The notes below the pieces were generated by a model. The model had not been told where the DNA came from, searched no databases, and saw nothing but the letters and a program-made list of their open reading frames with translations. From positions 29,026,760 through 29,090,759 of the forward strand of contig NC_043762.1 of NCBI RefSeq assembly GCF_902148845.1: DNA of 64,000 bases, given 5' to 3'. Positions 45,387-56,910 of this stretch are shown in pieces (position 1 is the first letter of the stretch; every line of letters starts with the position of its first letter). Origin of the DNA: Salarias fasciatus (Eukaryota). Both the position numbers and the translations under genes were made by a program.

Positions 45387-46666
45387 CTGAAAAAGGCACA
45401 AAGGTTAAAACAACTCAATTTACTGCATCTTAGGAGTTCAATCACCAGAGAAACAAGCACACTGAGTTAGAATATGATGTGGCTGTGGCTTGGTTGGTGA
45501 AGTGGTTCGTTTGACAATTGCAAGGATGGAGGTTCAAATCTGTTTCACATTCAATTCACGTTTTCTCACGATACAGTACAGCTTAGATAGAGATGTTGAA
45601 TGGAAAGGATTTGGCAATAATTATATCTGCTCAAACCAGTGGAAGCATTCTGTCTTTTGACCATGTCTTTAAACTTCACTTAGCATGAAGTTAACCACAC
45701 TTGAAAAAGTCCTATCAGAATCGATGAAAAGCAAACTGCATCAAAACTATCCAGAAGGCTGAACAGTAATAAATTACAAAAAGAATCAACCAGAATTTGT
45801 CCAAATAATGAAAAGAACTCCAAAAAGGATTTCATATCGCCCTTTTCACCCTGTCCATGTGTCAAAGTGTCCCTGGGATAAGACAAACAATTTGTTGTCA
45901 GTAGTGTGAGAACATAACGGCTCTCATTTATCAAACGAACGTACGATGGAAAACTGGGCGTACGGCCATTTCCACAACAGGATTGGCATTTATCAATTTG
46001 GCCGTGAACGTACGATACGATCAAATCTCGTGACAAGTTTGGCATCGTGTACCCAAGTTTGAGTCAGTGTGGATTTGTGTAGCAGCACAGCAGACCCTGG
46101 CGGAATCTGAAAATAATTATTAAGCAAACCTCAAACATGTCATAAAGCACAAGGAGCCACATGCTCAGTACAGAATAAAATGTAAAAGAAGCAGGAGCGC
46201 AGTTGTTGCTGTTTAGTAAAACTTCGGACTGCTCAAAGTGGCTCTGTCTCAGCCCAGGGGGGGAACGTTGCTGTTTACCCCCAAAAAGGTGACATTGTGG
46301 GTGTGACATTATTGTGTCCTGTGCAGTTTTACACAGTACTGCATTGGCCAAGGAGAACATTTTGATGTGCCAGCACCACGAGAGGACCCGATGTCCAGGG
46401 AACCAGCAGAGGCTCCACTGGGGGCTGGACGGAGGAGACAGAACCTGATGAACCACTTCCGAAATGTAAAGTATTATTTAAAGTTGAGCAAATGCTCTAT
46501 TTAATCATGTAATGCAAATAGCCTGGAGATGGCCTTTTGGCTGAAGGGAGATTAAACACAGGCAGGAGACTACATTTAGTCAGACCTTTTATCTAGATTT
46601 TTTGCCAACAATGCTGGTGTGTGAGTGTGAACGATACATAGTGCATTTATCACTTGTCTGTCAGAC

Positions 46667-46776
46667 CTTGTCAGTCAGCCTCTTCAGGATCTTGTTGTGA
46701 TGTTGCTCGCTGATGCCCGCAGTGATCATGTTCCTCAGGTTCCTCAGCATGGCCATGAATGGAAGAGACTTGTTGT
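46667..46776 (-). CDS. tep1: TEP1 exon (TROVE)
   Basis: Acceptor ctgctgcacag|ACAACA and donor GACAAG|gtctgac. The peptide is DNKSLPFMAMLRNLRNMITAGISEQHHNKILKRLTDK, matching human ENGKLPFMAMLRNLCNLLRVGISSRHHELILQRLQHAK. Confidence 0.9.
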
Positions 46777-46819
46777 CTGTGCAGCAGAGAAATTATCATC
46801 ACTGCACATGCAAGCATGT

Positions 46820-46821
<2 letters not shown>

Positions 46822-46853
<32 letters not shown>
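46822..46853. repeat. (GT)n microsatellite
   Basis: A 16-unit gtgtgt run is directly visible. Confidence 0.95.
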
Positions 46854-46857
<4 letters not shown>

Positions 46858-47086
46858 GCTTGTATTGTAATCCAATAAACAGCTTACAGGTATCATTTCT
46901 CCAATTAGGGATATTTAACTTAAATATGAGACTATTTAGATCAAAGATCTATATTCAGATGAAAGAAGAGTTTCAGCAAAGACTCAAAGTACTTTTGTTC
47001 CTGAGTGTCAATAATTTTTTAAATGAGATGTAATACTCAGTCATGTTATCAGTCAGCTTGACAGGGTTGGGATTTGCACTACAGAC

Positions 47087-47244
47087 CTATGAGCTTCTCC
47101 CAGGTAGCAGCTTTGTTGCCTTCACGACTGACAAGCCGTTCCCACGTCTGTGGCTCCTGGAGCTTCATTCGCTGGCCGGCCTTGTCCGGGTCCCACTCAC
47201 CCTTTAATCCACTGCGACTGAACGCTCTCTGATCACTGGGATAC
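47087..47244 (-). CDS. tep1: TEP1 exon (start of TROVE domain)
   Basis: Acceptor ctccccag|GTATCCC and donor CTCATAG|gtctgtag. The peptide is YPSDQRAFSRSGLKGEWDPDKAGQRMKLQEPQTWERLVSREGNKAATWEKLI, matching human YPSNLQLFSRSRLPGPWDSSRAGKRMKLSRPETWERELSLRGNKASVWEELI. Confidence 0.9.
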
Positions 47245-47336
47245 CTGGGGAGAAAAGCACAATTAATTTCAAAAACTAAAGGAACTGAATTTTGTTATTG
47301 TAAATACAAAACACAGAGGAAAGCATTTCATGCATG

Positions 47337-49064
47337 TAGGCATGTGCCGATATGAAAATTTGATATCACGATATTATCATGATATTATCACGATATTTGG
47401 CACATTGCTTTTAATACTATTGAAAATGCTCAAAAACACTGTGAAATCCATCAACATCTGTCAACAACACTGTGTTTTTTAACATGCCTGAGCACATTTT
47501 GATAAAGTAGAGGGAAAAAAATGAAACTTTTACCCTCGCCTATTTTTTTTTCCAGATTCCATATTGAAAAACACCATGATAACAATGAAGCAGTCATAAA
47601 GCTGCCACTGACTACATTCAGCAGCTCCTGGACTACAACTGGGCCAGGTTTTTATGAGATCAGCATAAAGCACACAGATTTTATAGTGTTTAGTTTGGAT
47701 AGAACCAGGAGAATCCTTCATTTGGCCATTTGGAGACCAACCTATGCCAAACTATAATAAGTAGGTTTATAACTTATTTGAAAGGAATCTGACTTTAAAA
47801 TACTTTTAATTTCCACTACAGGAGCCTGTATGCAATGCAGCCGTTGGCTCTGATATTGAGCCACTATATCATACATTTCTGCACAGTTTTTGTGCAGAAA
47901 CTTATAATTTTGCACAGTATTGTGCACAGTATAAAATACTTTTTTAATAAATGACTGAGCCATAGCATTTAGTTTCCAACTGAAATATATTTATAATAAT
48001 AAAATCAATACAAAAATAGCCAATTATATGACAGGGAAAACAAAAAAAAAATCCCCTTAACAACATGTAAACACATCAAGAAATAACAAAAACAATGTGC
48101 AATAAGCTGTAGAAACGCGCAATGAAGATAAATGTGCACGTTTCAGACTAAAAAATTGCCAATATCACAGAAACAATCACTGATTGCCATCGTCGTGTGT
48201 CTCGCTCTGCAGTGTGCACTGCTGCGTCTTTTAGAACCAAGATGGCGGCGGCGCTCGTATGGTTACGCTAAAAGAAGTCTCCCAGCTGGATGATGCCTCA
48301 GTCACGTGTATCATATCGTATGAAAGCTCACCAGACGCGAACGAATGTCAACAAACTTTAAACTCCCAAGATTAAAGCCAAGCCCACAAGATGGCGACAA
48401 TAACATTCAGGCGCATGACGCGCTGTCACTACTGCAGAGGATTATGAAGTTAATTTTGGTCAGAGGAGAGCCTGGATAGGTGGAAAATGACCACAGAACG
48501 GTAAGGAAATAAAACATGTTGTGTTTGGTGTGAATAGCTTTGAGATTTGGCGAAGAAGTGTGTGAGAAACGCGCGATCTGAGGCGCTGGCTGTGAAATGT
48601 AAAGATCGGTTTCCGGTTTGTTTTGTCGCTGACGGGAGGCGGTCGGCTCAGAGAAGATTCTGCCTGGTGTCATCTTAAAGAGCAGGTTTTTCAAGTTTCG
48701 CACGAGGCCCAATACATGGGGCTGGAGCAGACAGATCTCTGGTTCTGTTGCGTTTTGTGTCGGGGGGGTGCGCTGAGGAGGGCGGTACAGTGTCTGTCGG
48801 GTCGGAACGCGTTAATGCCTCGTTTTAATCATCCTGGCATAAAATTACTTACTTTTGGGGTTTTCTATGGATGTGGGACTTTTGTGGTGGTTTGTAGTAC
48901 ATTTTGCTGCAGAGGCTTTGAGACCTTGGGTTAGATCAATAGCTGTTTCGGTAACAGGCTTGTCTCCAGATTAAACAGACGATATCTTGTAAATGACATG
49001 ATATGATAATCTCGGCTGTCCAATATCGTAAATCGCGATTATATCGTAAATTGGCACATCCCTA
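47337..49064. mobile_element. hAT non-autonomous element (about 1.7 kb) with TIR tagg(c/g)atgtgcc and an 8-bp TSD catgcatg
   Basis: The left end reads t[catgcatg]taggcatgtgccgatatg and the right end cgtaaattggcacatcccta[catgcatg]acag. Internally there are only short unconvincing ORFs and a CpG-rich stretch near 48180-48480. Confidence 0.75.
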
Positions 49065-49219
49065 CATGCATGACAGTGTGGAGGAGATGGAGTGGATATT
49101 AAATGTCTGCTACATCAAACTGAGGCAGGTTCCAGCCAAAATTCAACTGATTGAGAAATATTGAATCCATGTCGTGTCCTCACATCAACAATGCATTTTT
49201 ACGTATTTGTGTGTCTTAC

Positions 49220-49344
49220 TTTCTTCCCAGAATGGCCATAACGTATTCAGCCGGTTCTTTGATGTGAAGCCTCTTGATCAGCTTCTTCAGACTGAACTCG
49301 CTCTGCTTTTTTTCCACTTTGCCTGTATTTTGCTCGAGCTGCAA
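49220..49344 (-). CDS. tep1: TEP1 exon
   Basis: Acceptor gtgtgtgcag|TTGCAG and donor GGAAGAAA|gtaagac. The peptide is LQLEQNTGKVEKKQSEFSLKKLIKRLHIKEPAEYVMAILGRK, matching human EEQRKFEKAGDTVSEKKNPPRFTLKKLVQRLHIHKPAQHVQALLGYR. Confidence 0.85.
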
Positions 49345-50557
49345 CTGCACACACACACAAACATAGACACACAAGTGTTAGTTTGGCTTACACACTGCGA
49401 ACAGAACAAAAAGAAACATAGATACATTATTAATTTTATGGATTTAGTCATTGTTTTATTAGATTTTTTAAAATCAGAAGTCATATCCACAAGAGCATCA
49501 GAGACAAAGGACTTATTTTTAATAAAGCAAAAGCATTTTAGATAACAAGCAACTGCATGTTGACTTACAAATTTTGTCAGAATGGTTTCATCTGATCCGA
49601 GCTTGTTCGCCCACAGTTTCAGCTGTTGGGAACTTGGTTTCTAAGAATCACAGATAAATTTACAACAAAGAGTTATTTCATAATATGACCAACAGAAAAC
49701 AGACAAATGTAAACTGTGTGAACAATAAATGTTTTAATGCTGACAAACCTACTATTTAAAGGACCTATATCATGCAAAATCCACTTTTTTAAGGTTTTTA
49801 GAATGCCCCAAAGTTGAATTCCCTTAAAAACCACCCCCAAAAGGTTATTTGCTTCTTCCACGCATGTCTGAGTAATCTCTTTCAGTCTGCTGCTCTCTAC
49901 AGCAGCCCCTCCCTTCGGGTAGAAAACAGCTCGTTTTAAATTCTTCAAACCTAAGAACGTCACAAAAGTTGAACTCCTCCCCACCACTTCTCCACCCCAC
50001 CCCCGCACAGACAACAGCCCATGTCCTCTGACCAGCTGCAGCTGATTCGCATCCCCCCCCCCCCTCCCCAGGCCCTCGGCGTTGCCACTTTTTGTATCTC
50101 CGATTACGGATATAAACTTTAACCAACGTCTGAAAGCAACAATCAAGCAAGAGCAAGAGTCCGAAGGGTCTGCGCTTGGTGAGTTTCTAACAGGAAAAGA
50201 TGTTTTCGCGTGTCTTTGCATGTAGAGAAGCTAAAGCTAAAGAGCTAAAGCTAACCCTTAGAGACGCTAACATAGCTCCGATTGGTTGAAGTACGCTGTC
50301 AGTCAAAGTCCACAGGGGGAGAGGCGGGATTTTCAGTGAAACTGAGCGTTTTCTCTTCCGGGTTTCAGAATTAACCTCCGAAAATCCTTTATATAACACA
50401 AAATGACTTTTTCTTAGCGCCAAAAATAAACTATTACCATGTTAATGCCAATAATAGGGTTTGGACGAGCTAAAAAAGCAGGATACAGGCCCTTTAATCA
50501 TCTGACAGTAATTGTGACTAGTTGTGCAACAAAGGACCACATGATGGGTCTTTGTAC

Positions 50558-50695
50558 CTTTCCTTTGAGCTTGTTCCGGTTGTGTTTACAGCGATGTTTG
50601 CGTGTATTGTATTTAGCCAGCTGATACTCGCTGAATTGCTTGAACTTGTCCACCATTGCCTTCTTCAGGCACGACGGCAGGGAGCGCTTGAAGCA
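50558..50695 (-). CDS. tep1: TEP1 exon
   Basis: Acceptor ctgatttcag|TGCTTC and donor GGAAAG|gtacaaag. The peptide is CFKRSLPSCLKKAMVDKFKQFSEYQLAKYNTRKHRCKHNRNKLKGK, matching human KLVPLPACLRTAMTDKFAQFDEYQLAKYNPRKHRAKRHPRRP. Confidence 0.9.
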
Positions 50696-50777
50696 CTGAA
50701 ATCAGACAATGACATGCTTTATACAAACTCAAAGCACCAGGATAGAAATCCACCAGGAGACATTCCCTGAAACTCAC

Positions 50778-50942
50778 CGCTGTGTAGATTCTGACCACTT
50801 CCAGCCAGTCAGAGGGCAGCTGTACGGCAGCACAGAAATATCTGCGAACATGCGACTTGGTTTCGTCGAGACTGGCAGCCAGAGCCAATAGGAAGTTTGC
50901 AGTGATGCGAATGTTTAACCTCTGTCGAGTGTACAGCGCCAC
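50778..50942 (-). CDS. tep1: TEP1 exon
   Basis: Acceptor tgctatccag|GTGGCG and donor CACAGCG|gtgagtttc. The peptide is VALYTRQRLNIRITANFLLALAASLDETKSHVRRYFCAAVQLPSDWLEVVRIYTA, matching human SLYARQQLNVRNVANNILAIAAFLPACRPHLRRYFCAIVQLPSDWIQVAELYQS. Confidence 0.9.
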
Positions 50943-51039
50943 CTGGATAGCAGGCAGAGAGAAAACACACCCAGGTGGAGTCATTAAAATGAGTCCATCG
51001 TGAATTCTGAACCAAACACAATGTTTGATGTTACTACAA

Positions 51040-52345
51040 CTGTAATTCATCCATCCAGCCATCCATCTTCAACTGCTTATCCTCAACCGGGTCACAGGGG
51101 CAGCATTCTTGGCAGGGGTGCCCACACTTCCCTGTCACTTCCCTGTCCCCAGACACTTGCTCCTGCTGTTCTGGGAGGATCCCGAGGCATTCCCAGGCCA
51201 GCCAAGAGACATAGTCTCTCCAGCGTGTCCTGGGTCTTCCCTGGGGCCTCCTCCCAGCAAGACATGTCCGAGCAACCTCAGCTGGCTCCTCTCAACGTAG
51301 AGGAGTAGACGCTCTACTCCAAACTCCTCCCTTGTGACTGAGCTCCTGACCCTATCTCTCAATGAGAGCCCAACCACTCTGTGGAGGAAGCTCATTTCAG
51401 CCGCTTGTATCTGGGATCTTGCCCTTTAAGTCATGACCTCATGACCATAGGTGAGGGTACGAGTGAAGATTGACCGTTAAAATGAGAACTTCGCTTTTCT
51501 GCTCAGCTTCTTTACCAAAACGGACCGATACAACAATCACATCACTGCAGACACTTCACCGACCCACCACTCAAATCTCACGCTCCACCTGACCCCCACT
51601 CGTGAACAAGACCCTGAGATGCTTAAACTCCTTGACTTGGGCCAGGATTTCCCCACCGACCTGGAGAAGGCAAACTACCTTCTTCCAGTCGAGGAACATG
51701 GCCTCGGGTTTTGAGGTGATGATCCTCATCCCCATCGCTTCACACTCACCTGCAAACCGTCCCAGTGCATGCTGCAGGCCCAGGTTCAATGAAGTCACCA
51801 GGACAAGCTCATCTGAAAAATCAGAGAAGAAATCCTGTGGTTCCCAAGCCGGGCCCCCTCCGGTCACTGGCTATATCTAGAAATCCAGTCTCTAAAAATT
51901 ATGAACAAGACCGGTGACAAAGGGCAGCCCTGCCAGTGTCCGGGAACAGGTCCAATTCACTGTCGGAAATGCAGACCAGACTCCTACTTGGGTCATATAG
52001 AGACTGGACAGCCCTTAACAAGGGTCCCTGGACTCCATACTCCCAGAGCACCCCCCACAAGACATCACAAGAGATGCAGTAAAATGCCTTCTCCAAATCC
52101 ACAAAACACATGTAGACTGGTTGGACGAACTCCAACGAACCCTTGAGCACCCGACGGATGGTGTAGAGCTGTTCCAGTCTTTCATGACCAGGATTAAAAC
52201 CACATTGTTCCTTCTGGATCCGTGGTTCGACGATCGGTCGAATCATCCTCTACCCTACCCTGAAATAGACTTTCCCGGGAAGGCTGAGGAGTGTGATCCC
52301 CCTTTAGTTGGAGCACACCCTCTGATCCCCCTTTTTAAACGGGGG
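51040..52345 (-). mobile_element. LINE (Rex1/Babar-like) fragment with RT, same family as 27885-28930
   Basis: Minus-strand ORFs 51571-51867 and 51899-52246 give RT motifs (MCFVDLEKAFYC ... LQHALGRFAGECEAMGMRI). The fragment is collinear with the 27885-28930 copy. Confidence 0.8.
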
Positions 52346-53142
52346 GACCACCATATATGCAGATACAGTATATGTTTGATTTGAATTTACTACTTGGTGC
52401 AGTTAAGAAGTGCACGCATATCTCGACACCTACATCTAGATATCTATATCTATATGTCTAGGCGGAAGTGTGACGTAAGCGGGAGCTACGGAAGCCGCAG
52501 TGTTGTTGTATGTGTGTTTTTTCGACTGCCGATGCTAACGCATGTTTCTTATACCTATTATACCTGATACCTGATGTCTATTCGCAGACGTGCAGCAGTT
52601 TGTTGCTCTCTGACCAGCCGTTCTTCTCTTTGCCTCTGCGCTCACCTTTCGATGAGCTCTTCATCTGTATATTCTGACTCAAAACTGTAAGGACACCCTT
52701 CATATTCAAAGTTCTCGTCCACAACATATTCATCCGACAGATATTCGTCCATTTTACACTAAACTGGAAAAAAAAGCACCGTGTGCAGCCTCAGGTTACC
52801 CTGGAAACAATGAGCCATATTGCGCATGGCGCGGCAGCCGTAAACAAAGCTTTCAGTTCAGAGGTCAACAAAACAACCAAAACATTTATCTCTGTAATAT
52901 GCTTGAATGAAGTCCTGAGGCGTTTGGCAGCGTGAGGATGTTTATTCAAAGAGCAGGAATCCGAAACATGCGTTAGCATCGGCAGTCGAAAAAACTACAC
53001 ACAACAACAACACTGCGGCTTCCGTAGCTCTTGTCACACTAGTGCCTAGACATATAGACATAGATATCTAGATGTAGGTGTCTAGATATGCATGTACGCC
53101 AAGTAGTAAATTCAAATCGAACATATATCTGCATATATGACA
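52346..53142. mobile_element. Foldback MITE (about 800 bp) with roughly 190-bp inverted arms and a 400-bp centre
   Basis: 52352-52560 (catatatgcagatacagtatatgtttgatttgaatttactacttggtg ... ctagatatctatatctatatgtctaggc) is the reverse complement of 52960-53142. Confidence 0.7.
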
Positions 53143-53418
53143 ATCTCGACACCGGGCTGTCATGGAGGAGAGGCGTGAGCGGACCATGATGACATATTGG
53201 TGAAACGAATGAGTTTTTGGACGATTAAAGCCGTTTTAGGAGCGGCGTTACCGATACCCCATATGCTAGACCTATATGGATGTGGGCCGCTCCATTTTGG
53301 ATCTAAATTTCTCCTGAAGCACTGTTTGGATCAGAAAAGCCTTCTGGGTGAGTATATTGTTGTACTTCATTCTATAAACAACGTGAAAACTGTTTAAACC
53401 GAACTTATCCTTTAACAG

Positions 53419-54610
53419 TAGGGCTGCCACGATTAGTCGATTAATCACGATTATGTCGACTATTAAAATCATCGACGACTAATTTAATAGTCGACGCGTC
53501 GGGGTTTTTTTTTTTTTTTTAATGTTTGTTTTTGTCTCGAAACTGCTGCGGTACCTTCCACTGCTGCGTCTGCCTCGCTGTATTTGACACACATGCGCAG
53601 TCGTGTCAGCCGCGACAACACCAGACTGGTGTCATGGCTACCCGGCAGCAGCGGAGCTCCAAAGTGTGGGAGCATTACAAGAAAACGTCAGAGAAAAGTG
53701 TGCAATGCAGTATCTGCCTTCCACGGCAGCACAACTGCGATGCATGAGCAGCTGAAACGGAAGCACGTCGTGGCTCGTGACAAAGATGAAGAGGGACCGT
53801 CGTCTCGGTAAGCTAATAATATTAGCATAGAGGGCTAACTTTCTGTTTACTCATAGCTGTCAACGTTAACATTAGCGGTGACGACATGATTTATTAGCTG
53901 CCTTTAGCACACATTTCATGTTTTCTGTAACGTTCTAACAGTGATGTGTTTTAATAAGAAGTGATGCCAGGCTAATATTTTCTAACGTTACGTTTCAGAG
54001 CTTCACCCCATCGGAGCGGATTTTCTCCGCAGCAGAACATCTGCTCCAAAAAGAAACCAAGTCTGTCTCCCAACACATGTAGAAATGCTGACTTTCCTGA
54101 ACAAGAGCCGTGTGTAGTTTGGGATTATGTAGAGTGAGGGTGTAATAAAGTTGTATACAGCTGAGCACTGAACACAAAATGCACTTTTGTTTTATTTGAG
54201 TCAGTGAGATGAAAACTTAAATAATTCCGTAGTTACAGGTGCCTGCCTCATTGTTGCTCTGCTTGATGCCAAACACAAATTAAGGAATAAAAAATGAACA
54301 AAGGATTTATTTTTGTGTTGTTTAGGCAAGTGCCTTTTCCGTATTTTACTCAAGTATTTGCACTTTATGGTACACAGTAATATTTCAATAAAGGTTTAAT
54401 GAACTATCATCTGAATTGTCTTTATATTTATTTAGTATATACCTTAAACACTTAAAGCTGAAATATAATTACGGTTATATAAGAGCAGCTTCTTGGTGGT
54501 GCGATAAACTATGTTTTACATTTAATTTACATATGATGTGATTTGTCGACTAATCGAAAAAATAATTGGTGATTAGTCGACTACCAAAATAATCGTTTGT
54601 GGCAGCCCTA
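53419..54610 (+). mobile_element. hAT non-autonomous element (about 1.2 kb) with TIR tagggctgccacga and an 8-bp TSD tttaacag. It carries a BED zinc-finger mini-gene of 2 exons plus an AATAAA signal
   Basis: The left end reads c[tttaacag]tagggctgccacgattagtcg and the right end tcgtttgtggcagcccta[tttaacag]tgg. ORFs 53526-53747 and 53584-53811 encode a BED-like finger (SKVWEHYKK...VQCSIC ... HGSTTAMHEQLKRKH). A donor follows (PSSR|gtaagct), then an acceptor at about 54000 (tttcag|AGCTTCACC) reading ...ETKSVSQHM*, and aataaag at 54146. Confidence 0.75.
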
Positions 54611-55259
54611 TTTAACAGTGGAACAAAACGCAGTATTTATTCTGACAAACAACCCCCACCCCCCCCAACAGAAAACAAGTGACCAGTTGCTCGAGCGCTC
54701 CTCCCTACAAACTAAACAGAAAATGCTGCACAACACGGTAAGTCCATAAAATAAAAGTAAAAAAGGCTCCACAATGTCCTATAGTCTTTTGCCCAAAGTT
54801 CCATAAAGTTCAAAGCGCACGTCCCTTCAGGTGACCGACTGAGTGGCCAGCGGAAGTTAATTACTCATGCCCGGTACAATCCTCAGCCCTCTGGTCCCCG
54901 ATGCTACTCCTCTCCAGCCCGATGGCTCCGTGGCAAAGTATTTCATAATCTAGTGGATCCAAAGGCACAGGGTTATAATCCCTCTGGTGCAGAATCCCCC
55001 TGGCAAACACTCCACGGCCTCGCTCTTCCGGCAGGTGAGTTCTTCCACGACAGCATGTGACGTCACTACCCCCTTGCGCATGCGCTGCTTCCCCTAATAT
55101 CCCTGCTTCAGATACAAATATCCAGATATTGTCTTAGCATATGTTTTTTCAGACAAAATGTGCCCCTTGATTAAAAAAACCCTGTGACCCAAGTCTGACA
55201 TATTAAGATGACAGCACAGGAAAACATTTAATCATCCCTGCTGGGTGACACATGTAGGG

Positions 55260-56900
55260 ACCTATCCAGTCATTACAACCTGTCAACCAAGACAGTCTCT
55301 GCTCATCTAGAGACTTAAGATACTCAGGGTGAATCTCGTCCACCCCCCGGTGCCTTGCCTACGAGGAGCTTACCAACTACCTGGGTGACTTCAGCTTGGG
55401 TGATGGACGAGTCCACCTCTGAGACCTCAGCCTCTTCTTCCTCCACGGAAGACGTGGCGATGGGATTGAGGGGGTCCTTGAAGTATTCCTTCCACCGTCC
55501 TATGATATCCCCAGTTGAGGCCAGCAGCTCCTCACCTCTACTGTACACAATGTTGGCAGACATCAGTGTTCTCCCCGAGTTGGTGGATGGTTTGCCAAAA
55601 TTTCTTCAAGGCCGACCGATAGTCCTCCTCCCAGATCTGAGCTTCTGCCTCCACAACTGCTTGGGCTGCAGTTCACTTGGCCTGCCGGTATCTATAAGCT
55701 GCTTTGGGAGTCCCAAGAGCCAACAAGACTCGATAGGACTCCTTCTTTAGCTTGACGGCAGCCGTTACTTCCGGTGTCCACCACCAGATTCAGGGGTTGC
55801 CACCAAAGCAGGCACCAGAGACCTTGGGGCCACAGCTCCAAGCAGCTGCTTAAACAATGAAGGTGGAGAACATGGTCCACTCGGACTCCATGGGCATGTT
55901 CATACCGACTTGGGTCGAACCAGGACCGCTTTTGGAAGTGTGAATTTGTAAATCTGCATCCTCATAAATAACTGAATCGTGTTCTCACCATCGAACCAAA
56001 AGAGCGGAGCGTGATGCGCTCTGACTGAAATGATGCGGTGGGGAGCGTCACGGCGTCACATTGACGGAAAAAAATGTTTCCGTTGAGTAAAAATTGTCGG
56101 CCCAGATGTCCATAAAAACACTTGTTTCTCTGGAAGTCCAGGTCTGCCCACAGTTGCTCTCCGCCATGCTCGATGTGCATGTTCAGAAGAACAGGAAAAG
56201 ACGTCCCCACAATGGAGTTACGTGTCGTGCATTATGGAAGTCTCACACGGACAAAAGTGTGGCAAATGAGGAAAGTTGGCTCAACCCAGGGATCGACCGT
56301 GTTCTCACTGCATCTAGATCAAGCTGGGGTCGACCTTGGACCTCCTCCTCGAAGCAGCCAAGGCTCGACCCAAAATTAGGTCGACCCAACGTGAAAAACG
56401 TGTTCACACTGTCGCTCCCGGCTCGACCATGGGCTGCTACATCTGTTAGGTCGAGCCAAATACCTTTGGTGGGAACACGGCCTCTGTCCCCAGCCTCACT
56501 TGGGATCTGGGAGAAGCTGAAAACCATGTTGACAGAAGGTTCCCCCAGAACAGACCCTCACAACACATCTGGGTCTGCAAAGTCTGTCCAGGTTCCTCCT
56601 CCACAAGCAGATCCAACTCATCACCAGGTGCTGATCAGTCAACAGCTCAGCAGCTCTTCACCCAAGTGTCCGAGACACATGGCCGGAGGTCAGAAGACAC
56701 AACAAGTAACAAGTAAGTAAGAGACGATCTGGACTTGAACCAACAGCCGACAAGCTGAGATGAGAGTCCTCATCACTCGATCACTGTAAAGTCCAGCATC
56801 AGTGTGACAGCTTTTACACTCGAAGGCTTTTCTGCCGCAACAGGGATTCAGGCCCAAGTCTTCAGCACTCAAAGCAAAATGTGATCCAACAGAACCTCCA
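55260..56900 (-). mobile_element. LINE fragment (5' or APE-proximal part), disrupted; the mariner copy abuts it
   Basis: ORF 55324-55563(-) reads GRWKEYFKDPLNP ... SSITQAEVTQVVGKLLVGKAPG, a typical LINE ORF2 linker. The 55962-56527(-) ORFs resemble a LINE N-terminus. The boundaries are uncertain. Confidence 0.4.
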
Positions 56901-56910
56901 GAGGCAAATA

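Noticed and set aside
46200-46400. I weighed a candidate exon (WHIKMFSLANAVLCKT) as the match to human GKLPFMAMLRNL.
   Set aside because: The true exon is 46667-46776 (LPFMAMLRNLRNMITAGIS). The 46200 region has no consistent splice signals.
49568-49628. I weighed a candidate exon encoding SQQLKLWANKLGSDETILTKF as the match to human AMTDKFAQFDEY.
   Set aside because: A far better match (KKAMVDKFKQFSEYQLAKYNTRKHR) exists at 50558-50695 with clean splice sites. The 49568 hit was a chance resemblance.
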